Part shown: positions 33,701 through 48,700 of the stretch, piece by piece
Layout of the letters: every line of letters begins with the position of its first letter
Position numbering within the stretch: position 1 is the first letter of the stretch
Source: Anthoceros angustus
Taxonomy: Eukaryota > Plantae > Anthocerotophyta
NCBI GenBank assembly: GCA_010909165.1
Contig: VJWM01000117.1
Location: 434,001-498,000, forward strand
Length of the DNA: 64,000 nt
Reading direction: 5' to 3'
Notes under the pieces: model-generated
The model's database searches: none
Seen by the model: the letters and a program-made list of their open reading frames with translations, nothing else
What the model was told of the DNA's origin: nothing
Made by a program: the position numbers and the translations under genes

Positions 33701-36655
33701 TTTCACAGGAAATTTACAACCAGCATCCAAACAATCGTATTCTACGGAGAAGGGTGGCATTTCTTTTGGGCCAGTGGGTGAGCAAGGTACGTCCCACACA
33801 CAAATTATGGCAGTGTTATATCCTCCAAGAAGCAATACTTTGGAATTTGTTTCTACTCTAGCACCTTGGTGGTTGTGTCTGCCATCTGGTGCCTCATGTC
33901 TAAAGGGACCTGCTCTCCCCTGAGAACGGAAGCACCTGGCAATGTATATAGATAGTGAGACATCTTGTGGTGCATACGTTGTTGTGGTGAACTCTTTGTC
34001 ATGAAAAGTTGCAGCTTGTAGGCCATGGTCTGTGTTGAAGCTAACAAAATGACACTGCAATAGATCAAGGAAGGGTTGAGGCGTTCTGTATATGCATCCC
34101 TGTTAGGACTTCTGGGAGACAATGACTTGGCAGTTCAAGTAAGGCCCTCAGTATTCCAATCTCATCTGTAGGCTCAGCACCTGTGAGTTTTAGGTACTAC
34201 TTGTTTAACTTCATGGATTTCTGTGTGCCACAGCTGGCTGCCTGTCATTCATTAAGAAACTTAGTAGACGACTGCTCATTCTATGAAGACGACTTTGTCG
34301 AATTTGTGCCAAGTTGTCTGCAACTTTCGATCAACCTGATGAAAACATGCCAGGAGTTTGAATCCAAGGTAATTAAGTTGTGATAATTGACTTCAGTTAC
34401 GCTCTTGTGCTATGCTCTGTCGATCATGATTCTTTCTTTGGCTTTGTTCACAGCTTCAAATTTTTGAGCTTGTATCAGTGATAGTTGACCGCCTTGGTGA
34501 GAAAGTCATTTGCTGCGTGGACAAAGTTCTTGCATTTTTACCCCAGGTAAGGTCTGGTGCCGACACTGGCCTGCTGCATGGTCAGCTGACTTATGGCTTT
34601 AGCAGCATCCTCATAGTGTTGAGACTACGCTTCAGCCTGCAGAGTTGCACAGGTTTTGGAGGCATAAGCATCTTACCTGTGTGTCCATACTTTGGAGCAG
34701 CTGAAATTCAGTGCAGCCTATTGTTGCTAAGGGTCTCATGTGTTGAATAATGACAATGAACATCAGGTGTGGCAAGACTCAGCTGGACAGAGTTTGATGC
34801 GGATTCAAGCGATTTTAGGTCTACAAAGGCTGCTTAGCTCACTTGGTCCCAATTCGCCCATGTGCTATGAGCTGCTCTTTCCAATATTAGAAATTTGCAC
34901 CAATGTCAACCAACCAGACGAACTGACAATGCTGGAGGATGGTTTACAGGTAACAAAATATTCTGCTAAGCTTTTTATGCCAGATTTCTGTAGTCACTTG
35001 AAGTATTTGCTTGTAACTGCGTGCTCTTGTCCATTGCCACCAAATGCAGCTGTGGCAAACTACTCTAAAGCATGCTCCAGCTATGGTGCCTCGGCTTCTT
35101 AATCTGTATCCACACTTGGTCTTGGCCATGGAGAGAAACTTCGACCATTTAGAGGTATGCAACTTTGGAAAAAGTTATCTTGTTATACCTGTCAGTAACT
35201 AGGTTCTTATTGCATTTTTGCTTGTTATTGGTGAGGCTTCATGTTCAGTTCATGCACTCAGGTTGCTATGAAGATAACTACAAATTACATCCTCCTTGGT
35301 GGGGCTGATTTTCTTGAGCATGCAGCTGGTGTTGTCAAGATCCTTGATCTAGTTATTGGAAATGTGAAAGAGAAGGGATGTTGTGCACCTTGCCCGTCGT
35401 TGATACTCTCATTCAGGTGCGCATGTACATGATATTGCAATGGAAACCTATCCATCGTTGTGGAAAAGAAAATTTTGAATTATCCATATGCTCACACCTG
35501 CTAAGTATTGGGTTGTGCAGTGGTTTCCAGGCGAAGCTCCACCCCTTCTGGAAGGTGTTCTCCAGGTAACTGATGTCTGTCCTTTCTGTGGTTCAGTTGC
35601 CTTGCTGCTATGTTGACAGTGTTCAGGACCTAAAACTTTTTTCTTAAATTACTGTATCTCAGAAGCTTTTTATCTTGGTGATCACTGGTGAAAGTGAGAG
35701 TGACACTGTGAGGGCATCATCTGGAGCAGTTCTGGGAAGAGTCCTTGTACAAAATAGCTTGTTCTTTGCCCAACTCACCTCGCAACCATCCCTCGCCCTT
35801 GCTCTGAAACAGACAGGGGTTGTAGTTGGTCAAAGTGCACTCTTCCCATTCATTGATGCCTGGCTGGACAAGGTAGTCGTGTTTCCACTTATGTGACAAC
35901 TTATGCTTGTATACTTCTCTTTTGTAAGTGATCTTTTGACAAACTAGAGCATAGGTCATGAAGTCTATTCCAGGCAGAGGCCCTTCCAGGGTAACTGATT
36001 AGCCCAGCCTGTCCATGTGAAGGTCGACTCGCTGACAACAAATGACAAGAGGAAGGTGTGCGCGCTGGCCCTTTGCATTCTGCTGACACTCAGGAGCCAC
36101 AAATTTTGGATAGACTCGACCAAATTTTGAGGTGTGCAAGGTTACTACTGTTGGATTACTGTTTGACTAAAACATGTGAATACTGACTTGTTATGTATAT
36201 TGTCTTGTGCAGTGTCTGTACAAGTGTCTTGTGTGACACCGAGAGAGACCAAAACGGGGTTATTGCAAGGTGAGCCAAGGAGCTTTAGGTGCTGCCTGTG
36301 CATTTACTGTCCGCAGTCCACATGCTGCTTAACGTAATGCCGATTGTTGTGACAGCGAGGACAGTGACAGTATATCTGGAAGTGCCGAAAGTGGGGATGC
36401 TAGGAAGAGTCAGGTTTTTTTTCCGACACAAGAAACTCTAGGGCTTTGGGCATTAATGATTGCATTTTTTTTACTGGTCTTGCCGTGTGGCTGCAGGCGT
36501 TCAACACAGATCCAGTCAAAAGTTTGCCTTTGGCCCCCATGCTGAAGGAGAAACTGAACACTTGTGCAGCTCTGCATGGTGAAGCTGCATTCAATGCTGC
36601 CATGGCTCGGCTCCCTCCTTCTATTCTTAGCCAGCTGCAGCAGCTAATGATGTAG
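30768..36655 (+). CDS. KA120: Importin-11 / karyopherin KA120 (importin-beta family), roughly 25 exons
   Basis: N-terminal IBN_N domain LRKPAEAALAACENRPGFCSCLL|EIIA...RWLASVYFKNSIARYW. Also ELASKRLAADQ, EEWARDAEAFHHEQ, EKLRPCAEALY, YKEAAYNAVG, LRRRVAFLLGQW; ends LSQLQQLMM*. Confidence 0.92.
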
Positions 36656-37660
36656 TATTCTATCCTTACCAAGACCATGCATGACGTCCTCCTACCTGAT
36701 GTCAAGCACAGTTCTTGGTTCCCTTGAGATGGGCTGCAACAGATGTACTCATTTCAGCGGTTGTAAGTATCGAATCCGACGTGAGCTTGTACTGTCCATT
36801 CCATAGCCGGCCTACACAAAATTTGCAGTTTGATGATGCGGCATTTGTGCAAGTTTCTCACTCAGGATTGTTTTATCGTAGGGGGAGGCCTTGGTGTGAA
36901 CGTGCGGGCGCCAATCCTAAGGAACGAAGTGGCACTTACTGTTTCCCCAGTAGGTGTCCGTCTTTGGGGCGTCCGCTTTGTGAAAAGGGTCGAAGTCCTC
37001 TTGTTGGACGAACACTGATTGGATGTGCACATTCTGTGATGCAGGTGCTGGCCGTATATGGTTTTCTCCATTGAGAAATAATTTCAGGCAATAGGTCGTG
37101 AGTGATGAAAAGAGAGGTTGCGAGTTTAGGTTTGGGTGAGGGAAGGTCATACGTATGAATTTGCTTGAGTCCTCTCCGTGAGACGATTAGCTTTTTGTAT
37201 AGAGCACATACTATATTGGTAAATAGAGTATGTGCACTATACAAGAAATGGTGGTTGAACTATCTCTGTAAATGGTTGTTCTCTTGGGTTTTCGGAAATG
37301 AGCTAGACATGACCATCTCGAACCGCAGACAGTAGCTACATAAAGATGAATTTACATCGCGGAACGTTTCTCATAATCTCAAACTCGAGGTCTGATCCTT
37401 CCTGTAACGGACAAATGCCTACCTGGATTAATTAGGATTAATAGGTTCGTCGGCAGAGCACAGGGTTAATTGATTTACATAGAGTGCATGGAGTGTCTCG
37501 GACCCGGGATTTTTTTCTTTGGCGGATCAGGGGCCAAAGCTCCTGTCCATGGACTGAAGCACGAGATGGCTGTGTCGAGATGTCCCGCTCTATGCTGGCA
37601 CGGAATCGGTATTGGACGGTGGCTGGAATCAGGTCCATATACCCCAGCCATGATAGGGCA

Positions 37661-38511
37661 ATGGTGCAATCTACTCACAGGCTGAGGCGCGTGTGTGTCC
37701 CAGGAGCAGGATATGTGCTTCAAATCACACGCTCCACTGCGACGATGAGACTGCAATGCAGAGCACTGGCAGAAGCAAAGGGAGAGGGAGAGGGAGAGGG
37801 AGAGGGAGAGGGAGAAGGAGAAGGAGAAGGAGAAGGCCCTGCGTCTGGATCCCAGTTCGTTAAAAGGCTGGATGACCTATACCCCAAGGCCAGGTGCCTG
37901 AAGTGCAGAGGTTGGAAGAGTTCTGCACCTGACGCTTGCATGCCAGCTTCCAGAAGCCCATGGTGAGGGAGCCTGACTGAGCGATGTGACCCCACCTCGG
38001 GCGTGGTGTGAATTCAGGAATGCGTCAGGTGGCTTGCCGGGCGTGCAAGGGCAGGGAAGGCTTGCCAAGGGCGGGTACCACGCCTCCAATCCTGTGGCTA
38101 TGGAGAGGATCGTGGGGTCCAAGTGGACGGCCATGGAGAGGACCTTCGGATGGCGCCACTTTCTGGTGGCCTCCAAGCGCAGAACCGAGGGACAGGGCTG
38201 GTTCCTGGAGATGGTTGCAACCTGCGACCAGAGCTCTCGATTCTGGGTGAATTCTAGGAACTTGAAGGTATGTGGCTGGATTGCCAAGTCGTGCATCTGG
38301 CAGTGACAACCCGCCTTGGTTACCCACCCCGCTCTGTTGCTTCCTACAGGACAGGGAGAGATGGAGCATGGGATGGTTGCAGAAGAGCGAGATGATGCAA
38401 CCCGGTCCTGCCGACGACCTGACCTTGGTTTGCAAAGCTTGTAAGGGACTGCGCCAAGTGCCTTGCCAAGCTTGTGATGCTGCCCTCGATGCGGGCATCA
38501 TCCATGTTTGA
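37661..38511 (+). CDS. DnaJ-type CxxCxG zinc-finger protein enclosing a Trp-rich (TIGR02450-like) domain, probable plastid targeting; 1-nt frameshift near 38054
   Basis: CLKCRG|MRQVACRACKG, then GSKWTAMERTFGWRHFLV...FWVNSRNLK|DRERWSMGW and CKACKGLRQVPCQAC. The N-terminus carries a (GE)n microsatellite. Start codon uncertain. Confidence 0.7.
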
Positions 38512-38877
38512 AGGCACAGATTACCACGATCTTCGAAAACAAACACGGCCAAGGCTACACACCTTGAAGAATTCCATAAACCGACCAATTACCATTACCA
38601 AACTTGTGTACCGCAAAAGACCGCCGCAGCTGCTGATACGGCTTCAAAACAGCTTATACAAACGCGCACTCGGGGGAGGAGAAGGCGCTTAGGTGACACG
38701 GGCTGTTAGTGCTATTGCGCATAGACAGCGGGTTGTGAGAAAACACGCTTTACCTCGTGACCTCTTGATGCTCACATACGTGGAGCCCCTTATACATCGC
38801 CTGATGTTGCTGAGGATCAGAGTGCTGTACCTTGAGACTTGAGATCCATCTAGGTAGGCAGACGCGAGGGAGAAGCT

Positions 38878-41216
<2,339 letters not shown>

Positions 41217-41539
41217 GGTCCAAGACTCACAGGACGACGCGGTCGAACTGGGATGGAGGACAAGTTTGCTTCAGCAACCCTACTATGCATGTGATCACAT
41301 GGAGTAGTGTACTCTTAAATATTTATCTTTCTTTTTTTTTTAATCCAGAAAGAGGATAAGACGGGGCACTGGTCAGTCCTTTCACGGACTATGCCCTGGT
41401 ACAAGAGTGAGAAACTAAATGAGAAACACCAGCACTTAGCACTTGGAGTGACACTCCAATCATGCCACTCATTATCATTGAAGTGCATATTATAGTATAT
41501 TTTTAGGATATTTTTTGTATATGCTGATGCCAATAAGAT

Positions 41540-41715
41540 ATCTTTGGAATACGTCGATGCCAAGGGTAAGTGTATCTACAGATATTCTTGGAATACGTCG
41601 ATGCCAAGGGTAAATATATCTACAGATCCTTTCACAGAGGATGCTAGTGACCATTTTCGGGCTTCATATAAAACTTGATGCTAGTGACCATTTTCGGGCT
41701 TAATATAAAACTTGT
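41540..41715. repeat. Adjacent 44-bp and 37-bp tandem duplications upstream of MAP2
   Basis: GGAATACGTCGATGCCAAGGGTAA at 41546 and 41590; GATGCTAGTGACCATTTTCGGGCT at 41640 and 41677. Confidence 0.9.
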
Positions 41716-42192
41716 TGCTCCCAACCGACATGTATCGAAAACACAAAAATGCACAAGAGCTTAGATCATAGCATATATAGAAATGCAATACAAGAGTGTT
41801 GTGAGGAGGCCAAAGCTATCACTCTGAGAGCGAGTATGAGGAATTTGCATATTGTTCTTGTGGGGAGAGTGTGTTTGTGTCACGACATGCAAGCTACTCT
41901 CTCCTATTGTTATTGGTTTGCACTTATATTTGTATATTAGATTTGTTTTGCTTGGTTGCTTGTTGAGGAAGTATTTTATATGAATGCAAGTGCTTACCTC
42001 GTGCAACAGAAGAGATGGAGTGGATCCATGGTTACAAAATTTCATTATTTTTTTTATAACTCGTTCATTTTTTGCAGCGAACATAACATTTTTGAGTTTT
42101 TTTTATGTGTGCATCCTAGTAGCATGACAACTCAATGCGCTTCCGTCTCTTGGGCTCAGATTCTCGTATGAAACAGTTTTTGAATTATTCTC

Positions 42193-42320
42193 TTCAAACT
42201 TAAGTTTAGGATTTCAATTCAAACTTAGATTTAGGATTTCACTTCAAACTTAGGTTTAGGATTTCACTTCAAACTTAGGTTTAGGATTTCACTTCAAACT
42301 TAGGTTTAGGATTTCACTTC
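42193..42320. repeat. 25-bp minisatellite, five copies (TTCAAACTTAGGTTTAGGATTTCAC)
   Basis: Copies start at 42193, 42218, 42243, 42268 and 42293. Confidence 0.95.
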
Positions 42321-42885
42321 TTGATACTTATCTGGGCGGGGCCTATTGGTGATCAAGAAGGCCGATGACCTGAGGTCACCCTCGCCATTGCACTCCGGCC
42401 GGGGTGGCCTCACTATCTACCTATGGGTAGAATAGACGTCATAATTTGTGACAACGGGGGCTCGCGTTCGCGCGGCCCCTACCCTTTAGTTACGACAAAG
42501 GCATTCGAGGGAACTAGGACTTCCCCTTTTACTATTAGCCCTTTTTGGGTTGTTCCTCCTCGGTCTTCAGGGGTAGATGGGATTCCCCATCTCGCCTATT
42601 AATAAATTCTACTCTTCTCTTCAAACTTAGGACCAGGACAAATAATGCATGGCATTGAGCATCCTCTCTACGAAGACACTTGAAGCTCCTAGAAGATGCT
42701 GAACTCCGCTCACCTAACAACACAAAGTAGATCATCAAGGTTAGTTCTTCCAAACTCTAGCCCTAGAAATGCGAACATTCTCGTAAGACACGGGAGCTGG
42801 TTTTCCAATAAGGCGCTCCAGCTTTCCTAAACCCTAGTAGCCGCAAAGAAAAAAGAGAAGATCAAAAAGAAAAAAATGTGAGATG

Positions 42886-43706
42886 GACATGGGAGGAAGG
42901 TGGGCATAATTTGTTTTCTTTCTACTTGAAAAGAGCAAAAAAGCAAAAGAAAACTTTTCTTGTTTGGTACGCCATAGAAAAAGCACCCAAGACAGATGCA
43001 TACTTCTTACAAGCCCAAATGCTATCGGGACAAGAAACTCTCTTTGAACCTTTCAAACCAAAAACTTCTAAACATTAAAAAGCCTCATGGGTCGGATTCC
43101 CTCATCACGGGGCATGTGAGGTCCCCCTGTGCGAATTGCTGGTACACGTGAATTCAATACATAAATAAAAATCAAGATTAAAGAGAGTTAAAAAAATTTG
43201 AGGATGTGTGATCCGATGCAAAAATAATCTGTGAATGATAACAAATAAGATAAATATAAATTAAAAATTTTGGTAAAGATAGTTATGAATTTCTATAATA
43301 AAATAGGTGATAAAAAAAGATTGAAAATTAAACGATTAGGGGTAAAATAAAAAAGTATAGGAAGAAATTATTTTTTTTATAATTTTATGATATACAATTT
43401 AATATAAACTAAAATTCAAAAGACTTAGAAGGGATTGCAAGAGATATTGCAGTGTATTGCATGGTGCTACAAAGAACCAAAATAACTAGGTCTAGATATC
43501 AATAGTAAGGCATATCAAACGTGAGTACCCATAAAGGAAAGAGGAAAGACAGATGCATACAAAGGTGAGGGCAGAAATACGAATGCAAAGGCCTGGCCGC
43601 AACTACTCTTAAAACACCTCCAAGCTCCACACATTAGGACAAATGGACACACATTTATAAGAACGCCATGATTAAGCATCCTGAACTTAGATCGATACTT
43701 AGATGG
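42886..43706. repeat. Non-coding repeat module A; long copy at 63216-63968, partial copies at 50640-50805 and 53125-53240
   Basis: Colinear similarity from ACATGGGAGGAAGGTGGGCATAATTTG to CTTAGATCGATACTTAGATGGG. Confidence 0.92.
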
Positions 43707-44756
43707 GGTGCCTAAAGGGAGTGGATGCCCTTGGTGCAATTAGCTTAGGCACACCATGGTACAAGTTGTTAAGTACCCACAGAAATCCGTCCTTAGTGGA
43801 CTTCAATAAAATTCTTCTTGGCTGCTGCCTGCGCCCTGTATTGGACCCTCATTCTGGGCACGCCTCCCCGAGGCGATCAGTCCTAGTCTCCTCCGGGAGT
43901 GGAGAAAGGTGCATCGTGAATTCTTCTGTACACCAGCTGTCTTGTGGTACTATGTCCTCATCGTTCAAGAAGACAAGCTTCAGTAGTCTTTCTTAAGGTC
44001 AGATACACATCACATCCCAGCGGTTGCGATTTGAAGAAAGCTCATGCAAGGCCTCCCAAGATGATGAGATGGAAGCCTGGGTCGCACGGAACGGAGTTCT
44101 GCAATGCAACGCAGGCGGCAGTGTGAGAACCAGCTCAATGAAAACAGCCATGGCAGTTGATCTCGGTTTAATGCGGTCATTAAGGACCGCTCCGCATCAT
44201 TAGAACATAGAAGAGCAGCAGCAACACACCGGCAGCAACAGCAACAGCAACCTTGGGCATCACGAGAATGTGGTTAGGGTTTCGAGGTCTGGGCATTTGC
44301 CTGCGCACGGTTCGTCAGTCTAATGATCGGGCGAAAAGCTGGTCTGTTTTGCTGCACCAGCTGAGCAGTATGCAACTCAGCTCTTGGACTGGCTTTTGAG
44401 ATCCAGAGACGTTGATGCAAGATCTACTAGGATGGAATTCGGTGCTTGCCGGTTGCAAGTGGAGCAACCGACGCATCCATTACTTTTTTGGGCACTGGCT
44501 ATGTGCTCGGATCAATTGGGCAGTGAAGGACATTGCTGAAATAGAATGTCATTTCCAAAGTTGAACTTTCTGGTTGCATTAGAGATGATTAACTGGAGGA
44601 GAGACGGAGAAGGAGAAGGAGAAGGAAGCTGAATTTGGTGAAGGTTTTGACGAATTCGGGCCGGATGAGGTAGATTCCCCGCCCTCCGTTCCGTTCCGTT
44701 CCGAGGTCTGAGCCGCAGCAGGAGTCTGCAGGAGGCCACGCCACGCGGCACGGGCA

Positions 44757-45680
44757 AATGTGGCCCGTGTCTGATGGCTTTGCAGCACCGCAAGGCCGAC
44801 AGGTATGGCTACGGATAATCATGGTGGAGACTGGAGGCTGGTGGCAGAACTTCCGGACAGATGATAGGGCTCAAGGATGGTGTCACGTCAAGCCCGTAAC
44901 CTTTGATGCCCCTGGCCTGCGCGGATCCCAACACCGCCGCATCCAGAGGATGCCGAACCCACGCCCACCACAACTCTGAATATCTCTACAAACTGATGTG
45001 AGCGCTCTTCCCGAGGCGCACGTTTCAAGAGGTTGGGCTGGATTTTGAGATGGACCACCCAGGCAGTCAAATCAGCACTCGGTCGCATACCCCGGGGAAA
45101 TTGTGAATGTGAATCCAAGTGGGAGCCAGCTTGGTCCTCGTTTCCACAGTGTTCCCACGTGCAAGGACCAGCCTGGTCCCCACTGTAAACGGGAGCTTGG
45201 CAAGGACCAGCCTGTTCCTCATTCCTACACTTTGCCATGTGTGTAAAACATTGGTGGCTACACGGATTGGAGAACGAGATGCGCGCAGGAGAAATCGGTA
45301 GGCAGCCTCTTCACAAGAGTAGTTCCCTCGGATGTCAGGAATATTCATGGACCGACAACAAATATGCAAGCCTCCATTTCATGGGGAGCGAGCTGAATGG
45401 AACTGCTCTGATCAGTTAAGCAAGCTCTTGCAGCCAGCTGCAGGCCTCTTGCCTGTCCCCCGGCTTGGCCGTTGTTACAAGATACTGATGCACAGATGGA
45501 AGTTTGAAATAGCCATTACTCATGGAGCAGGGCAGGGTGTCATTCCTGGCCATTCATGCATGCTCAGACCGGAGCATCCCTCCTTCACCAACCAGGGGCC
45601 TGCTGTTGTTCATGAATTCTGGAACATGTTCAAGAGTCACAATCTTGAACCACTCAAAAGATGAATTCAGAGGTGGCCAT
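44757..45680 (-). pseudogene. Remnants of Roco paralogue(s) and their flanks
   Basis: 45055-45095 matches the COR exon at 48015-48055. 44757-45010 and 45511-45665 recur at 52860-53120 and 52404-52563. Three ~33-bp GGACCAGCCTG repeats lie at 45121-45225. Confidence 0.6.
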
Positions 45681-45733
45681 CAGCAAAGACTGACGTGAAA
45701 CAAAGCAGGATTGGGCTACACATCCTTATACCA

Positions 45734-48700
45734 CTACCCAATCACGTGGTGCAGATCGCTCCTCCAGTCATGTACCAAATCCTGGGTGATGCTGCAACAC
45801 ACGTCGTTTGAGTAGCTCCCATCAGAGTTTCTCATAAACACGTCTGTCAATTCCCTCTGCATACACGTTGGGCACACCCATGCCACTCCTCGTCCTCCCT
45901 CAGGCCTTTTCCGAAATTGCACCTATGCAGTTGGAATATCTCGCCGATGTGATCCTTTACCAACGGCTTGACCAGATCCCTCAGGGTAATCCATGCCTCC
46001 TTCACGGAAATGTCCTGGTCCGCCGATGGACCTGTCAGGTTGAGATCTACCTTGGACAGGTCTGCGTCCAGAGAGGCCGCAGTGAGATACAGCGCTCCAT
46101 CCAAGCTGGTGAAGGGTCGGGAACCGCATTCCCAATGCCGGCAGCCACATGTAGGCCAGCTTTCACTAGGAAAACCAAAACCTTGATACCTCTGATTGCT
46201 AGGGGCCTGATCCACTTCCACTTCGCATCCTCCAATGTCAAGTCGAATCCAGTTTGGCCCTCCACGATGTGATTCCCAAAGATGTTTTCGCACATGAAGT
46301 GCAGCTTAGCCGCTTTGCCCACACGCACCCCTGCAATCAATCTCTGTACTACACCCACGTCTGCAGTGGTGATGTAGGGACGTCTGGGTATCTGACTGCT
46401 TTCTAATTCTGCAGAGAAATTCATAATCTCATCCATCTTAGCAAGCAAGAATTGTTGAGTAGCTTCCTGCCCAGTCTTGATAGCGTTCATCTCATGTTGG
46501 ATAAGTTGCAAAGTCTCGCCAATTCTATCCACTTTGACACCCACTGCTTTCACCTCTGTCTCCACCATTTTCACGGTGTGCTTCAAATCTCTTATCCCTT
46601 GAATGATGGTTTGCAACAGTTGCTCCCCATCTCCGAGTGAGTTGTTCCAGGGAGGGATATAGTACGTCGGACGCTGGCAGACCGAGACGTTTGAACTGGT
46701 GCGTCTTGTTGTGCGAGCACCCCTTTCTCTGTAGGCAGGACTTCCTCTACAGCTGCATCTATGTTGGATATGGTTTGAAGGAGACCTGTTCGTCGCCTTT
46801 GCAAGACATCCAAGAGTTCACCAGCACTTAAGAGCTCTCAGCTCCTCAAAGGCACTCTCAAAGAGGCTTCAGGACATTCTGGCCACCACCATTTGAAGTC
46901 GGCCAGATCCATGAGGAGAAAATCTCCCTGTACAGTCTTGTTGGTCTGAAAAACACGCTTCAGCAAATCCTGCGTTAGCACTGACTGATTATGCCGGTAG
47001 ATACAGAGTGTGAGGTTTTCGACACACTCGGTCCTGATAATTCCTTCCACAAGCTCGACTCCCGGACTGCCTTCAGGGAAGCACAAAAGATTTCAACTTT
47101 GCAATCACATGTTCCTTGAGAAACTCGATAGTTTCATCTTTGCTCTTGGATGACCTCACCAGAATATCGATATGGTCACCGATGTCTCCGGTGTCCTCTC
47201 CGATATCCCCACTGCTTTCCAAAACACATCCATACCATCACACCAAAACTTGATGAGGTTGCGTTCAATACGATATTGCTCAGGTTGCATGCCATGGAAT
47301 CCGAACAAATCCTTTCGAAGGCAGACCTGCAATACGCAAACCTCCACAATGTCAGTAAACAGGTTGAAGACACACACCATCAAAACAAAGACATGTTGGT
47401 AGTTATCGTACTTGGAATCTAGGAAAAAGCCTGGACCAAGAAACGTCTTCGTCTTGTCAAGGCACTGTAACCTCCTTCCGAGGTAGATGTAATTGCTTGC
47501 TGTATCAGCAGTTTCCCAGTTCAACTGTCGTCTCCCAGGAAGAGCGTCACCATTACCGGCGGCCATGGTGAAGGGAACAAAGAATCCGACACGTCGAGTC
47601 CCATCCTCTTCATAGCATAAGTTGAGAGTGGTCATCAACGATACCAGATGTTGCCTTTCAATCCCTCCGCTTGTGTGCCTCTGAGAATCTCATCCAAGGT
47701 GGAATGAAGCAGACTTTGAGCAACAAATCCATCTGAGGAATACGACAAACTACTAGTAGACGGAGACATGCTCTGGTTAGAAGGTGAATGAGTCGCCCTA
47801 AAAATTGTGACTCATCCAGTGTGGATTTATCACCACAACATCTGTATCTTGAAAACAGATGATACTACCCACATCATGCAGATAGGCAAGAATGGCTCCC
47901 AATCGTTCCACCTCATCTTGAACCCGACCTTCGTAGAGACTTTGTAGCTCGGTTTGGAACAAAGTTTGAAGTTGCTGTTTCCTCACCATCGGTTGAGCTG
48001 GATGTTGGGATACCCAGGCAGTCAAATCAGCACTCAATCGGTTGCATACCTCGGGTACCCAAAACAGTCTAGTAGCAAATAGAGCTCGAAACGATTCCAT
48101 GAGTGCGTCCAGCAAGGGCTTCACACTCTTGGCAGATCGAGCGTCCATGGAGAAGAGTGTTTTGTTTCACGTGAACAACCTGTTCAAACTCGGTGGCCAA
48201 CTCTGTCAGAACGGGTTGAAGGAGATCCGGTAATGCTTCAGCATCAGAACGCTTCATCTTATCCACATGAGTTGCCACCACAAATATTTGAGGCAAAGTA
48301 GAGCCCACGTTGCGACAATTGGAGTTGATGAACCTAAGCCAGTACGCCAAGCTCCTTCTGAACCTGTCCTGCAGGACATTAGGCGGATGCAGTTGGGGAG
48401 GTTTCCGATCATCAAATGGGCTGAACGCAAACAGGAAGATACATGCTTGGTTGAAGGTCGGAAAAGGTAGTCTTGCAGAGCTCGGTAGTGAGCTTGTCCA
48501 GCCAGATCCCACATGGTAACTTGCATATCATGGTCGTTGCGCAACACCTCGATTTCTATGCCTTCCGTTCTGGTACCGGTGACGGAAGCCATCCGTCGCC
48601 AAGCACGAAATATTTTTCCCTTCAGTCGAGCTAGAACTTGGCTGAGCTGGAACTCGGGTGATGCGGCTGTGTGTCGTCTCCATGCGCGAATCATGGTGGT

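Noticed and set aside
36830-37150. Short ORFs between importin-11 and the zinc-finger gene
   Set aside because: No recognisable motifs or splice structure; probably UTR or intergenic.
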